Below, one piece after another: positions 54,549 to 63,978 of a stretch of DNA of 64,000 nucleotides. Each line of letters opens with the position of its first letter. The first letter of the stretch is position 1. The position numbers and the translations under genes are program-made. The notes beneath the pieces are model-generated. The model was not told the DNA's origin, did no database searches, and saw only the letters and a list, made by a program, of their open reading frames with translations. This DNA is from Proteobacteria bacterium UBA981 (lineage in GTDB: Bacteria > Pseudomonadota > Gammaproteobacteria > Ga0077536), in NCBI GenBank assembly GCA_002292285.1, contig DBBP01000027.1, positions 260,472 to 324,471 of the forward strand, given 5' to 3'.

Positions 54549-55213
54549 TTCGGTTCGATAACGTATCCAAAGTTTTTCCGGGCGGGAACGAAGGTTTACG
54601 CAATGTCAGTTTTTCTGTTGAGCCCGGCGAGTTCGTTTTCCTGACCGGGCATTCAGGGGCCGGAAAAAGTACCCTACTGCGCTTGATCGCTTTGCTTGAA
54701 CGCGCGAGCCGTGGGCAGGTATTGGTGGATGGACGCAATCTGGCGCGAGTGGAGACCCGCGATATTCCCGCCCATCGGCGCGCGTTGGGGATGATATTCC
54801 AGGAACATCACCTGCTCGCTCGCCGCAGTGCTTTCGACAACGTAGCTGTACCCCTGTGGGTTAGCGGGATCGGCCCATCAGAAATCCGCAAGCGGGTCCG
54901 TGCGGCACTCGATAAAGTAAGTTTGCTGCATAAGGAACACGCCATTGCGAGCACGTTGTCGAGCGGCGAGCAGCAACGCGTCGGCATCGCACGCGCCGTC
55001 GTCAATCGCCCAATGATGTTGCTCGCCGACGAGCCGACCGGAAATCTTGATCCGACGCTGTCCCGCGAGATTATCGGCTTGTTCGAGCAGTTCAACCGCG
55101 TTGGGGTCACCGTTGTAATCGCAACCCATGACACCGAAGTGCTAAGGCTGCATCCGCGCCGCACCATTGAGCTGCGTGAGGGTAGTGTGGTTAGTGGCGC
55201 TGGTGAATCCTGA
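54545..55213 (+). CDS. ftsE: Cell-division ABC ATPase FtsE
   Basis: ATGA-coupled to ftsY; Walker A GHSGAGKST, signature LSSGEQQRV. Confidence 0.9.
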   Translation: MIRFDNVSKVFPGGNEGLRNVSFSVEPGEFVFLTGHSGAGKSTLLRLIALLERASRGQVLVDGRNLARVETRDIPAHRRALGMIFQEHHLLARRSAFDNVAVPLWVSGIGPSEIRKRVRAALDKVSLLHKEHAIASTLSSGEQQRVGIARAVVNRPMMLLADEPTGNLDPTLSREIIGLFEQFNRVGVTVVIATHDTEVLRLHPRRTIELREGSVVSGAGES

Positions 55214-56175
55214 TGGCGCGGGGTGCAGCGAGCCTGACAGGCGCCCGACGCGGGCTGCGCAATCCGTGGCTGCTGGCGCACCTGCGGGCACTTCGCGATG
55301 GCTGGTCACAATTGGTGGCGAACGTACTGCCAACCGGAGTCAGTGTCGCGGTTATGGCCATCGCGATTGGCTTACCAGCGACGCTATTTGCGCTTCTTGA
55401 TAACCAACGAGCTTTGTTCTCGGAATGGGGCTCGCAACCGACGCTGTCGGTCTTTCTCGCCCATGGCAGCCCCGAGGGAGAAGCCCTAAGAATCGCCGGA
55501 GAGTGGCGCAAACAGGAGCAAATTGACGCCGTTGAGGTCATTTTTGCAAGTAAGGCGTTAGCGCAATTCAGTGCCGCTACTGGATTTTCGCAGGGCTCGG
55601 ACGACGCACCGAATCCGCTGCCGAACGTGTTGATCGTCACGCCCGATCCGTTGACCTGGAATCATCGAGGAGACGGTGAACTACTCAAGTTCCTGCGTGC
55701 CGAACCGCTGGTCGACTCTGTGTTAGTTGATTTCGAATGGATCGAACGGTTGCGCAGTTTTAGTGCGCTCGCCGAGCGCGGGGTCTGGATACTCGGCGTC
55801 ACGTTGCTTCTTACGATCGTGCTCGTGATCGGCAATACGGTGCGCTTGCTGGTCCAGGAGCAGCTTGCGGAGATTGAGGTCCTGAAGCTGGTGGGCGCCA
55901 CGGATGCTTTCGTGCGCCGACCTTTCCTATATAGCGGCGCAATTCACGGTTTGTTGGCCGGGATTCTGGCGGCGGCCATGCTTGAGGTGGTGTTCGCCGT
56001 GCTGGCAGGACCGGTTGCGGATCTTGCGAGCGCTTACGTCAGTGAATTCCGACTCGACTCGCCTGGATCCGGTTATCTCGCCGATTTGATTGCGCTGTCC
56101 GCAACTATCGGGTGGCTTGGAGCGTGGCTGGGTACTTTGCGGACTTTGCATCAGTTCGAACCTGTCACTGAATAA
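55213..56175 (+). CDS. ftsX: Cell-division permease-like protein FtsX
   Basis: Four-TM FtsX topology following ftsE. Confidence 0.8.
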   Translation: MARGAASLTGARRGLRNPWLLAHLRALRDGWSQLVANVLPTGVSVAVMAIAIGLPATLFALLDNQRALFSEWGSQPTLSVFLAHGSPEGEALRIAGEWRKQEQIDAVEVIFASKALAQFSAATGFSQGSDDAPNPLPNVLIVTPDPLTWNHRGDGELLKFLRAEPLVDSVLVDFEWIERLRSFSALAERGVWILGVTLLLTIVLVIGNTVRLLVQEQLAEIEVLKLVGATDAFVRRPFLYSGAIHGLLAGILAAAMLEVVFAVLAGPVADLASAYVSEFRLDSPGSGYLADLIALSATIGWLGAWLGTLRTLHQFEPVTE

Positions 56176-56207
56176 TTAGCACGCAGCAGGTATTTCGAGT
56201 CGGGGCG

Positions 56208-56235
56208 GGAACTCCCAGGCGCGTTAGCACTCTAT
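56208..56235 (+). promoter_or_regulatory. Candidate sigma-E (RpoE/AlgU)-type promoter upstream of rpoH
   Basis: GGAACT-N17-TCTAT about 50 bp before the rpoH ATG; resembles the sigma-E-dependent rpoH P3 arrangement in other gammaproteobacteria. Confidence 0.35.
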
Positions 56236-56284
56236 TCGATGGAGTGCTAAAATTGAGGTATTGATTCTTGGAGAGGTGCGCACG

Positions 56285-57154
56285 ATGACTACTGCACTGA
56301 ATTTACGTCTGCCTTCGACCGCCGGTTCGCTGGAAAGCTACTTTGACGCCGTGAACCGAGTGCCCTTGTTGACCCTCGAACGCGAGCAGCAACTGTCGCA
56401 GCGGTATCGCGATGACGACGATATCGAAGCCGCACGCGAGTTAGTGCTCGCTCACTTACGCTTTGTGGTTAAAGTGGCACGCGGCTACGGCGGCTACGGG
56501 CTGCAGCAGGGCGATTTGGTCCAGGAGGGCAATATCGGCTTAATGAAGGCCGTGAAGCGCTTTAACCCGGAATTCGGGGTGCGCCTGGTGTCGTTCGCCG
56601 TGCACTGGATTAAAGCTGAAATTCACGAATTCATATTGCGCAACTGGCGCATTGTTAAGGTCGCGACAACGAAAGCACAAAGGAAGCTCTTTTTTAATCT
56701 CCGCAGTGCAAAAAAAGCGCTCGGATGGATGGGCACGACTGAAGTTGATTCGGTCGCGCGGGAGCTTGGCGTCGAAGTCCGCGAAGTATTAACCATGGAG
56801 CAACGCCTGAGTGCCCACGATGTTGGCTTTGACGGTTATGGTGATAGTGATGAGGACGCGTTTGCGCCATCGGCTTACCTTGAAGATCGACGCTTTGAAC
56901 CAGCGGCCGCCTATGAGCGGACACAGCATAGCGAGCAAAGGCTGGGCCAGCTCAGCGACGCTATGGAATCGCTCAACGAACGCAGTCGGGACATTATCGT
57001 CAGCCGTTGGCTGACCGAACCGAAAGCGACGCTTCACGATTTGGCAGGCCGTTATGGAATTTCTGCCGAGCGCGTTCGACAGCTGGAAAAGAGCGCATTT
57101 GAGAAAATGCGCGGGATTATTCCGGAGCTTGAATTAGGTGCGGTCGATAGTTGA
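56285..57154 (+). CDS. rpoH: RNA polymerase sigma-32 (heat-shock sigma factor)
   Basis: …VNRVPLLTLEREQQL…QEGNIGLMKAVKRFNP… RpoH box …QRKLFFNLR…; GGAGAGGTG RBS before the ATG at 56285. Confidence 0.9.
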   Translation: MTTALNLRLPSTAGSLESYFDAVNRVPLLTLEREQQLSQRYRDDDDIEAARELVLAHLRFVVKVARGYGGYGLQQGDLVQEGNIGLMKAVKRFNPEFGVRLVSFAVHWIKAEIHEFILRNWRIVKVATTKAQRKLFFNLRSAKKALGWMGTTEVDSVARELGVEVREVLTMEQRLSAHDVGFDGYGDSDEDAFAPSAYLEDRRFEPAAAYERTQHSEQRLGQLSDAMESLNERSRDIIVSRWLTEPKATLHDLAGRYGISAERVRQLEKSAFEKMRGIIPELELGAVDS

Positions 57155-57161
57155 GCGATTT

Positions 57162-57183
57162 CGGCAGCGTTCAGGCGCTGCCG
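57162..57183. terminator. Hairpin between convergent rpoH and cyoE/ctaB (terminator-like, no clear U-tract)
   Basis: CGGCAGCG-ttcagg-CGCTGCCG perfect 8-bp stem overlapping the ctaB stop codon. Confidence 0.35.
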
Positions 57184-58088
57184 ATTAACTGCACCGCTAG
57201 TGGCGCGTAGTGATCGAGAAAAAAGAAGACGAATAGCAACGCCAGATACACGATTGAGTAGCGGAAGGTCCGCATAGCCAATTCGTCATCATGATCGCTC
57301 TGCATACGGACAACGTAATACAAAAAGATCGCATCCAGTACTAGCGCCCCTGTCAGGTAAATCTCCCCGCTCATATAGGTCACGTAAGGGAGGAGCGTGG
57401 CGAGTATCAGGATCACGGTATAAAGCAGAATTTGTTGCCGAGTGAATTCAACACCGTGCGTAATCGGCAGCATTGGAACTTCCGCTTTCGCGTATTCCTC
57501 ACGCCGATAAATTGCGAGCGCCCAAAAATGCGGCGGCGTCCACGCAAAAATAATCAAAAATAACAGTAAGGAATGCGGGTCTACTGTGCCGGTCACGGCG
57601 GTCCAGCCAAGTACCGGGGGTGCGGCACCGGCAGCACCTCCGATCACGATGTTCTGAGGTGTTGCGTGCTTCAGATAGCGGGTATAGATCACCGCGTAAC
57701 CGATAAGTGATGCAAAGGTCAGCACAGCGGTCAACAGGTTAACGAACGCGACCAATACATACATCGAGATGCTGCCAATCAGCAGCGCAAAGCCGAGCGC
57801 CTGGTTACGCTCCAATCCTCCTTGGGGCAGGGGCCGGTCGCGGGTTCTGGCCATCAACGCGTCAATTCGATAATCGGCGACGTGATTCAGAGCGGCAGCG
57901 GAGGCGGCAGCAAGGCCGATGCCAACGGTCGCCGACAGGAATAAGGTCCACGGCACGCCATTCGGAGTCGCAAGAAACATTCCGATAATGGCAGTGAAGA
58001 CGATCAGAAAGACAACTCTCGGCTTGCATAGCGCGGCGTAGTCGCGCCACTGGCTGAAGGCTGATGTGACGATGAAATTAGAAGTCAT
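57171..58088 (-). CDS. ctaB: Protoheme IX farnesyltransferase (heme O synthase)
   Basis: UbiA-family multi-TM protein in a cox assembly context. Confidence 0.85.
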   Translation of the reverse strand: MTSNFIVTSAFSQWRDYAALCKPRVVFLIVFTAIIGMFLATPNGVPWTLFLSATVGIGLAAASAAALNHVADYRIDALMARTRDRPLPQGGLERNQALGFALLIGSISMYVLVAFVNLLTAVLTFASLIGYAVIYTRYLKHATPQNIVIGGAAGAAPPVLGWTAVTGTVDPHSLLLFLIIFAWTPPHFWALAIYRREEYAKAEVPMLPITHGVEFTRQQILLYTVILILATLLPYVTYMSGEIYLTGALVLDAIFLYYVVRMQSDHDDELAMRTFRYSIVYLALLFVFFFLDHYAPLAVQLIGSA

Positions 58089-59085
58089 CAGAAATAGTGT
58101 CTTTCAAGGTTCCGCGGGTCGCATGCAGTAGCGTGAGCACGCTCATGAGTAAAACGGCTGCGCCGGCGTTGTGAGCGATTGCGGGAACCAGCGGCAGACC
58201 GGCAAGTACGTTGGTGATGCCGAGGGTAATTTGCGCAGCGAGCGCGCCGAGTATACACCAGCCAAGACGTCGTAAAGATGGATCCACGCTGCGCTGTGCG
58301 CCCCAAATGAGGCACGCAATGACAATCGTTGTGGCCGCCGCACCGATACGGTGAGTAAGGTGAATGGCGGTTCGGGCAGGTGTATCGAGAACCCCGAATT
58401 CATAATTTACACCGAGGCCGCGCCACAGAATAAAGGCCTCCTCAAAGTCCGCTTTCGGCCACCATTGCCCGTGACAAGTCGGAATATCGGTACACGCGAG
58501 CGCCGCGTAATTCGCACTCGTCCAGCCACCAAGAAAAATCTGCACAGCCAACATCCCGAGGCCAACCCACGCCATGGCGTGCAATCCCTTCTGGCTGTTA
58601 CGCGCTTGCGCCGCGGTCTCGACGTTTAGGAAGTTCCACCACAGCAATGCAAGCGTCGTCAGACCTCCCAATAAATGGGCGCAAACGATGGCAGGTTTCA
58701 GCAACAGCGTGACTGTCCACATGCCCAACATCCCTTGGAAGACGACCAAAGGAACGAGCCAAAATGCAGCAACTCGGGTCGCTCGTGGGTGTGGTCGCCG
58801 CCACGCCATCCAGGCCAAAACGACAATACCGAGGCCCAGGGCGCTGGCGAGATAGCGATGAATCATCTCGCGCCAGGCCTTGCCAGCCTCGAGCGGGCGC
58901 GTCGCCCAGTCGGGCTGCTGCAGATGCACGTCGGCTACATCCTGCGGTACCGACAGGCGACCATAGCAACCTGGCCAATCCGGACAACCCAAGCCGGCGT
59001 CGCTGAGGCGGACGTAAGCGCCGAAGACAATGACCAGCAAAGCCAGAGCCGGCAACATCCAGCTAAGAGCGCGATACAGATTCAT
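58078..59085 (-). CDS. ctaA: Heme A synthase (COX15/CtaA)
   Basis: …VRLSDAGLGCPDWPGCYG… and eight TM helices. Confidence 0.8.
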   Translation of the reverse strand: MNLYRALSWMLPALALLVIVFGAYVRLSDAGLGCPDWPGCYGRLSVPQDVADVHLQQPDWATRPLEAGKAWREMIHRYLASALGLGIVVLAWMAWRRPHPRATRVAAFWLVPLVVFQGMLGMWTVTLLLKPAIVCAHLLGGLTTLALLWWNFLNVETAAQARNSQKGLHAMAWVGLGMLAVQIFLGGWTSANYAALACTDIPTCHGQWWPKADFEEAFILWRGLGVNYEFGVLDTPARTAIHLTHRIGAAATTIVIACLIWGAQRSVDPSLRRLGWCILGALAAQITLGITNVLAGLPLVPAIAHNAGAAVLLMSVLTLLHATRGTLKDTISDDF

Positions 59086-59086
59086 C

Positions 59087-59665
59087 CTATTTTATTTTCG
59101 ATCCGCGCAGCAGACGCTTCAAATCTTTCTTTATGTGTACCGATTCGGTGTCCGCAGCGTAGAACATCATGATTTGTCCTCGCCAGTCCAGAAATACCAT
59201 CCCCTGCTCAGGTGCGGTGGTGCCGGTGCGTTCCGCAATTGATCCGGCCAGATGGCCTCGGGCGGCAGGGCTCGCCAGCATCCACCACGGGCTGCTGGGG
59301 TTATCAACATCGAACAACGCGGCAATGCGAACCCGCGTACTGTCGTGCCCGAGGACATCATGAATGACCTGGAGGCGTCCCAGAGTCTGCATGCATTGCT
59401 CGGCACAAGCGGCGGCTGTGAAATAGATTATGGCCCACTCGCCGGGTGCCAGGGGTATGTCCTGCAACGGGCGTAGAGGCGTTTCACGCTGAAGGTCTAC
59501 CGGGGGGACCAGAAGAGTCCCGCGGTTCAGCAGCGCACCTTCGGTCATGCTCGGCCGCGCAACAGCCAGCCACCAGGCGAGCAAAATAGGGCCGACAAAT
59601 AGCGTGACCACGAGTGTAGCAATCAAACGTGGGTGATTGCCGGAATTTCGCTCTTTTTCAGTCAT
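59087..59665 (-). CDS. Membrane-anchored SCO1/SenC-like thioredoxin-fold protein (putative cytochrome oxidase copper-assembly factor, divergent)
   Basis: TM anchor; …GEWAIIYFTAAACAEQCMQT… resembles the SCO1 GKxxLxYFGxTxCPDxCP CxxxC region; start trimmed to the Met after the surf1 stop. Confidence 0.45.
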   Translation of the reverse strand: MTEKERNSGNHPRLIATLVVTLFVGPILLAWWLAVARPSMTEGALLNRGTLLVPPVDLQRETPLRPLQDIPLAPGEWAIIYFTAAACAEQCMQTLGRLQVIHDVLGHDSTRVRIAALFDVDNPSSPWWMLASPAARGHLAGSIAERTGTTAPEQGMVFLDWRGQIMMFYAADTESVHIKKDLKRLLRGSKIK

Positions 59666-60368
59666 GCTGGCCGCTACTTCTGCGCAGGTTATAAAGGCCA
59701 ATCATGGCGAGAACAACAGCCATGGCAAACCATTGCACCGCGTAGGCCGTATGGCGGTCAGAACCATCGCCGGGTAATTTCCACTGCGGCGACAATGCGC
59801 CTTCTCTATCCGCGTCGAGATAAACAACTGCGGGCCACACCGGCGTGTCGATAAGGGCCGACACGGTCTCGAACTGAATGCGTTGCAGGCGCCATACGCT
59901 AGCCGATAGTGCCTCTGTCGTCACCGTGCTTTCGTCAAACGTCAAACCGACAACAGGTGGGGGGCCAAGGTATCCTGACACCGTAGCGTGGCTGGTGGAG
60001 ACGTTAACGTCGGGTATCACCTCGCGGGCACCGAGTAACGCGACCCAACCACGGTCGACCAGAATGGTCCGGCCACCGTCCGTGCGAAAAGGGGTTAAGA
60101 CCTCATAGCCAGGACGCCCATTACGGATGCGGTTGTCCAACAAGATGTGTTGGCCGCCGTAATGGCCCTCCGCCGTGGTCTTCCTCCATTCGTTTCCGAC
60201 CGCTTCAACGAGAGTGTCGAAAGATAACGCTGGCTGATGATGAGCAGAGAGAAACGCAGCATGACGGTCACGCTTAACTTCGGCTCGCTGAAGTTGCCAG
60301 AACCCAAGACTCGTCAGGCCTGCGCACGAAACGCCGAATAACAGCACCAAAACGATTCGGCTATACAT
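59658..60368 (-). CDS. SURF1-family cytochrome oxidase assembly protein
   Basis: N- and C-terminal TM helices, SURF1 similarity. Confidence 0.8.
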   Translation of the reverse strand: MYSRIVLVLLFGVSCAGLTSLGFWQLQRAEVKRDRHAAFLSAHHQPALSFDTLVEAVGNEWRKTTAEGHYGGQHILLDNRIRNGRPGYEVLTPFRTDGGRTILVDRGWVALLGAREVIPDVNVSTSHATVSGYLGPPPVVGLTFDESTVTTEALSASVWRLQRIQFETVSALIDTPVWPAVVYLDADREGALSPQWKLPGDGSDRHTAYAVQWFAMAVVLAMIGLYNLRRSSGQHD

Positions 60369-60432
60369 AACTAATTGTGGATGTGCGGGTGAATCCTGAT
60401 AATGCTGCAGGCTTTCGTTTCCGGCGAATCAC

Positions 60433-60645
60433 ATGACTGACTCTTCATTTTTTAAAGCGATCATCATCGCCATCTTTGTCATGATCCTAATATCACTCGG
60501 ATCGGCTTTTCTGAGTTTGTTCCGCGGCAAAAACCCAGACAGTACCGCGACCGTAAAAGCCCTTACGGTCCGGGTAATACTGTCAATTGCGCTGGTTCTG
60601 GCGATTGTCATACTCAACGCACTCGGCCTCATCACACCGAACTGA
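60433..60645 (+). CDS. Twin-transmembrane-helix small protein (DUF2909)
   Basis: 70 aa with two hydrophobic helices; family typically found in cox clusters; on the opposite strand to its neighbours. Confidence 0.55.
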   Translation: MTDSSFFKAIIIAIFVMILISLGSAFLSLFRGKNPDSTATVKALTVRVILSIALVLAIVILNALGLITPN

Positions 60646-60690
60646 AAACGAAGCCGCGGGGGTTTGCTGCCGGCGTTTTTATGCCTGCGG

Positions 60691-60719
60691 AAAAAAAGCG
60701 CCACTTGTAAAGTGGCGCT
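60691..60719 (-). terminator. Rho-independent terminator for the coxC transcript
   Basis: Minus-strand GCGCCACTT-tacaa-AGTGGCGC stem followed by U7, 25 nt after the coxC stop. Confidence 0.6.
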
Positions 60720-60743
60720 GACTGTCTGCGTGAGAGGCTTGGA

Positions 60744-61619
60744 CTAGATCCAGTAAACGAAAATAAACAGACCAATCCACACGACGTCGACGAAATGCCA
60801 GTACCACGCCACCGCTTCGAAACCAAAATGATGCTTGGGCGTGAAATGTCCCTTGATCGAACGGCCGAGGATGGTGGCCAGCATGATCGTGCCCATGGTC
60901 ACGTGAAAGCCGTGAAATCCCGTCAACATAAAAAATGTCGCGCCGTAGATTCCGGAATTCATGGTGAGTCCGAGTTCGTGGTAAGCATGGCCATATTCCT
61001 GCGCCTGAAACCCAACGAACAGTGCGCCCAGTGCAACTGTGACCGCCAGGCCGGCGATCAGGTGTTTGCGGCTGCCAATCTTCAGGCCCCAATGAGCCCA
61101 GGTTACCGTTGCGCCACTGGTCAGCAAAATAGCGGTGTTCCAGAACGGCACGCCCCACGCCCCGATGGTCTCTTTAAAATGATTGAAACCGTGATTGGAG
61201 GGTGCTTCGAAAAGTGGCCAGGCTGCGGCGAATTCAGGCCACAAAAACTGGTTCGTCGCAGCGCCGGAACCTTCGCCGCCGAGCCACGGTACAGAGTACA
61301 TACGCGCGTAATAGAGCGCTCCGAAAAATGCAGCAAAGAACATTACCTCGGAGAAGATGAACCAGGCCATGCCCATTCTGAAACTGACATCGACCTGGTC
61401 GTTATAAATCCCACCTTCGCTTTCCTTGACCACAACCCCGAACCAGCCGAACAGCATAAACACGAACAGCAGGAAGCCAAGACCCAGGATGTACTGACCA
61501 ACGTCAGCACCATTCAGCAGCGTCGCGCCGCCGACGAACATCGTGAAGATTGACAATGAGGCGGTTACCGGCCAGTGACTTGGCTCGGGAATATAGTAAT
61601 CAGAGTGTGCTTCGGCCAT
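60744..61619 (-). CDS. coxC: Cytochrome c oxidase subunit III
   Basis: Seven-TM CoxIII similarity over the full length. Confidence 0.9.
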   Translation of the reverse strand: MAEAHSDYYIPEPSHWPVTASLSIFTMFVGGATLLNGADVGQYILGLGFLLFVFMLFGWFGVVVKESEGGIYNDQVDVSFRMGMAWFIFSEVMFFAAFFGALYYARMYSVPWLGGEGSGAATNQFLWPEFAAAWPLFEAPSNHGFNHFKETIGAWGVPFWNTAILLTSGATVTWAHWGLKIGSRKHLIAGLAVTVALGALFVGFQAQEYGHAYHELGLTMNSGIYGATFFMLTGFHGFHVTMGTIMLATILGRSIKGHFTPKHHFGFEAVAWYWHFVDVVWIGLFIFVYWI

Positions 61620-61655
61620 GACTTGTATATCTCTGTTTAGCGTTAGTAAGTAGGG

Positions 61656-62234
61656 TTAGGACGGCGGTGGCGTTGCGAGCTGCGGCGCAGTTTCTGCCGT
61701 GTTCAACGATTCAAAAAAAGTGTACGCCAGCGTGACGACCTTGACCTTTTGGGGCAATCCCGGATCGACAATAAACCTCACCGGCATCACTTTAGTCTCG
61801 CCGGCGGCGAGTGATTGCTGCGAAAAACAAAAGCATTCGGTCTTATTAAAATACCGCGCTGCCGCACTTGGCGCGACGCTCGGAACGGCGCTGCCGGTGA
61901 CCTCGTATTGAGCGATGTTTATCGCTTCGAACTCGACCATGGTTTCTACGCCCGGGTGTACTTTTATAGTGCTCTGCAAGGGGCGGAATTCCCACGGCAT
62001 GTCCGAGCTGACATTGGTCACAAATTCGATGGTCACTTCGCGGGACATGTCTACCGTTGTTTCGGCCGCCTCAACGTCGGTTAAACGGCCCGTTTTACCG
62101 TTTAACCCGGTAATCTCGCAGAACACGTTATACAGCGGCACCAACGCATATCCGAAAGCGAACATCAAAACCGTCGTCGCAAGCAATCGTCTCACGACGC
62201 GGCTGTTGGCTTGCTTAAGTTTGGCGTCTGACAT
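61656..62234 (-). CDS. ctaG: Cytochrome c oxidase assembly protein CtaG/Cox11
   Basis: …CFCFSQQ… copper-binding motif, single TM; Met at 62234 chosen as the start. Confidence 0.85.
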   Translation of the reverse strand: MSDAKLKQANSRVVRRLLATTVLMFAFGYALVPLYNVFCEITGLNGKTGRLTDVEAAETTVDMSREVTIEFVTNVSSDMPWEFRPLQSTIKVHPGVETMVEFEAINIAQYEVTGSAVPSVAPSAAARYFNKTECFCFSQQSLAAGETKVMPVRFIVDPGLPQKVKVVTLAYTFFESLNTAETAPQLATPPPS

Positions 62235-62239
62235 ACCGC

Positions 62240-62356
62240 TTACAAATGCGTCACGATTGCCCAAATGTAGACCGCAACCGCGACCACTCCCAGCGCGAGC
62301 GCCGTGCGCACAGCCGACTTGCGCTGCGATTCCCGCTGGTCATTCAACTGCGACAT
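62240..62356 (-). CDS. Candidate 38-aa single-TM protein between coxA and ctaG
   Basis: Below the ORF-track size cutoff; MSQLNDQRESQRKSAVRTALALGVVAVAVYIWAIVTHL; stop 5 nt before the ctaG ATG. Confidence 0.4.
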   Translation of the reverse strand: MSQLNDQRESQRKSAVRTALALGVVAVAVYIWAIVTHL

Positions 62357-62370
62357 GCCTGGAGCCGCGC

Positions 62371-63978
62371 TTAGCGCATGCCGCCTTCAATGCTTGAGGG
62401 TTCCGGCGCAACGGTGAAGCTGTGATAAGGCGGCGGAGACGGCAAGGTCCACTCCAGACCGTGGGCCCCTTCCCAGACCTGGTCCGTGGCCTTTTCACCG
62501 CCGCGGATGCATTTGACTACCACCATGACGAACAGCAATTGCGACAGGCCAAAAACGAATCCGCCGATGCTCGAAACCATATTGAAATCTGCGAACTGCA
62601 CAGCATAGTCGGGAATTCGACGCGGCATGCCGGCTAATCCGAGGAAATGCTGGGGGAAAAACAGCACGTTCACGGAAATTGTGGACGTCCAGAAATGCCA
62701 TTGGCCGAGTTTTTCGTCGTACATATTGCCGGTCCATTTCGGCAGCCAGAAATAAGCGCCAGCCATGAGCGCGAAGACAGCGCCAGTAACCAATACGTAA
62801 TGAAAATGCGCGACGACGAAATACGTGTCGTGATATTGGAAATCGACTGGTGTGACACCGAGCATAAGGCCAGAGAATCCGCCGATCGTGAACAGCACGA
62901 CGAATGCCAGTGCGAAGAGCATTGGCGTTTCGAACGTCATCGAGCTTCGCCACATGGTCGCAACCCAGTTGAAGACTTTCAAGCCAGTGGGAACCGCGAT
63001 CAGAATGGTGGTGTACATAAAGAACAGTTCACCAGCCAGCGGCATGCCGACGGTAAACATGTGATGCGCCCACACGATGAAAGACAGGAATGCAATCGCG
63101 CCGGTCGCGTAGACCATGGAGCTGTAACCGAACAGCGGTTTGCGCGCGAACGTTGGAATGATCGCCGAGACGATACCGAACGCAGGCAAAATCAAAATAT
63201 AGACTTCAGGGTGACCAAAGAACCAGAAAATATGCTGGAACATAACCGGATCGCCGCCGCCTGCTGCGCTAAAAAACGCAGTGCCGAAGAACTTGTCAGT
63301 CAACAACATGGTCACGGCACCGGCGAGAACCGGGATTGAGGCGATTAGCAGGAAAGCTGTAATGATCCAGGTCCACACGAACAATGGCAACTTCATCAAC
63401 GTCATACCGGGAGCCCGCATGTTGAATACGGTCGCGATGATATTGATGGCGCCCGCGATGGATGACGCACCCATGAAGTGGACCGCGAAGATCAGGAAAG
63501 GGAACGCGGCGCCAGTCTGAAGGACCAGCGGCGGATACATCGTCCAACCACCGGCGGGCGCACCACCCGGCATAAACAGGGTGCTCAAAAGCAAGGTGAA
63601 CGCGAACGGCAAGATCCAGAAGCTCCAGTTATTCAAACGCGGCAGGGCCATATCCGGGGCACCGATCATGATCGGAATCATCCAGTTTGCGAACCCTGTC
63701 CAGGCCGGCATAACAGCGCCGAAAATCATCACCAACGCGTGCATGGTGGTCATGGAGTTGAAAAATTGGGGATCGACGAATTGCAGCCCGGGCTGAAACA
63801 ATTCGAGACGAATCACCATCGCCATGATGCCGCCAATGAAAAACATCGTCAGCGAGAACAACAGGTAAAGCGTACCGATGTCCTTGTGATTGGTCGTTGT
63901 TATCCAGCGCATCAGGCCGCTTGGGTGGTGATCGTGATGATCATCGTGATGGTCGTCGTGGGTCGCTGCCTCACTCAT
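62371..63978 (-). CDS. coxA: Cytochrome c oxidase subunit I (aa3-type)
   Basis: …WITTTNHKDIGTLYL… and twelve TM helices; AGAGG RBS; unusual His/Asp-rich N-terminal tail. Confidence 0.95.
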   Translation of the reverse strand: MSEAATHDDHHDDHHDHHPSGLMRWITTTNHKDIGTLYLLFSLTMFFIGGIMAMVIRLELFQPGLQFVDPQFFNSMTTMHALVMIFGAVMPAWTGFANWMIPIMIGAPDMALPRLNNWSFWILPFAFTLLLSTLFMPGGAPAGGWTMYPPLVLQTGAAFPFLIFAVHFMGASSIAGAINIIATVFNMRAPGMTLMKLPLFVWTWIITAFLLIASIPVLAGAVTMLLTDKFFGTAFFSAAGGGDPVMFQHIFWFFGHPEVYILILPAFGIVSAIIPTFARKPLFGYSSMVYATGAIAFLSFIVWAHHMFTVGMPLAGELFFMYTTILIAVPTGLKVFNWVATMWRSSMTFETPMLFALAFVVLFTIGGFSGLMLGVTPVDFQYHDTYFVVAHFHYVLVTGAVFALMAGAYFWLPKWTGNMYDEKLGQWHFWTSTISVNVLFFPQHFLGLAGMPRRIPDYAVQFADFNMVSSIGGFVFGLSQLLFVMVVVKCIRGGEKATDQVWEGAHGLEWTLPSPPPYHSFTVAPEPSSIEGGMR

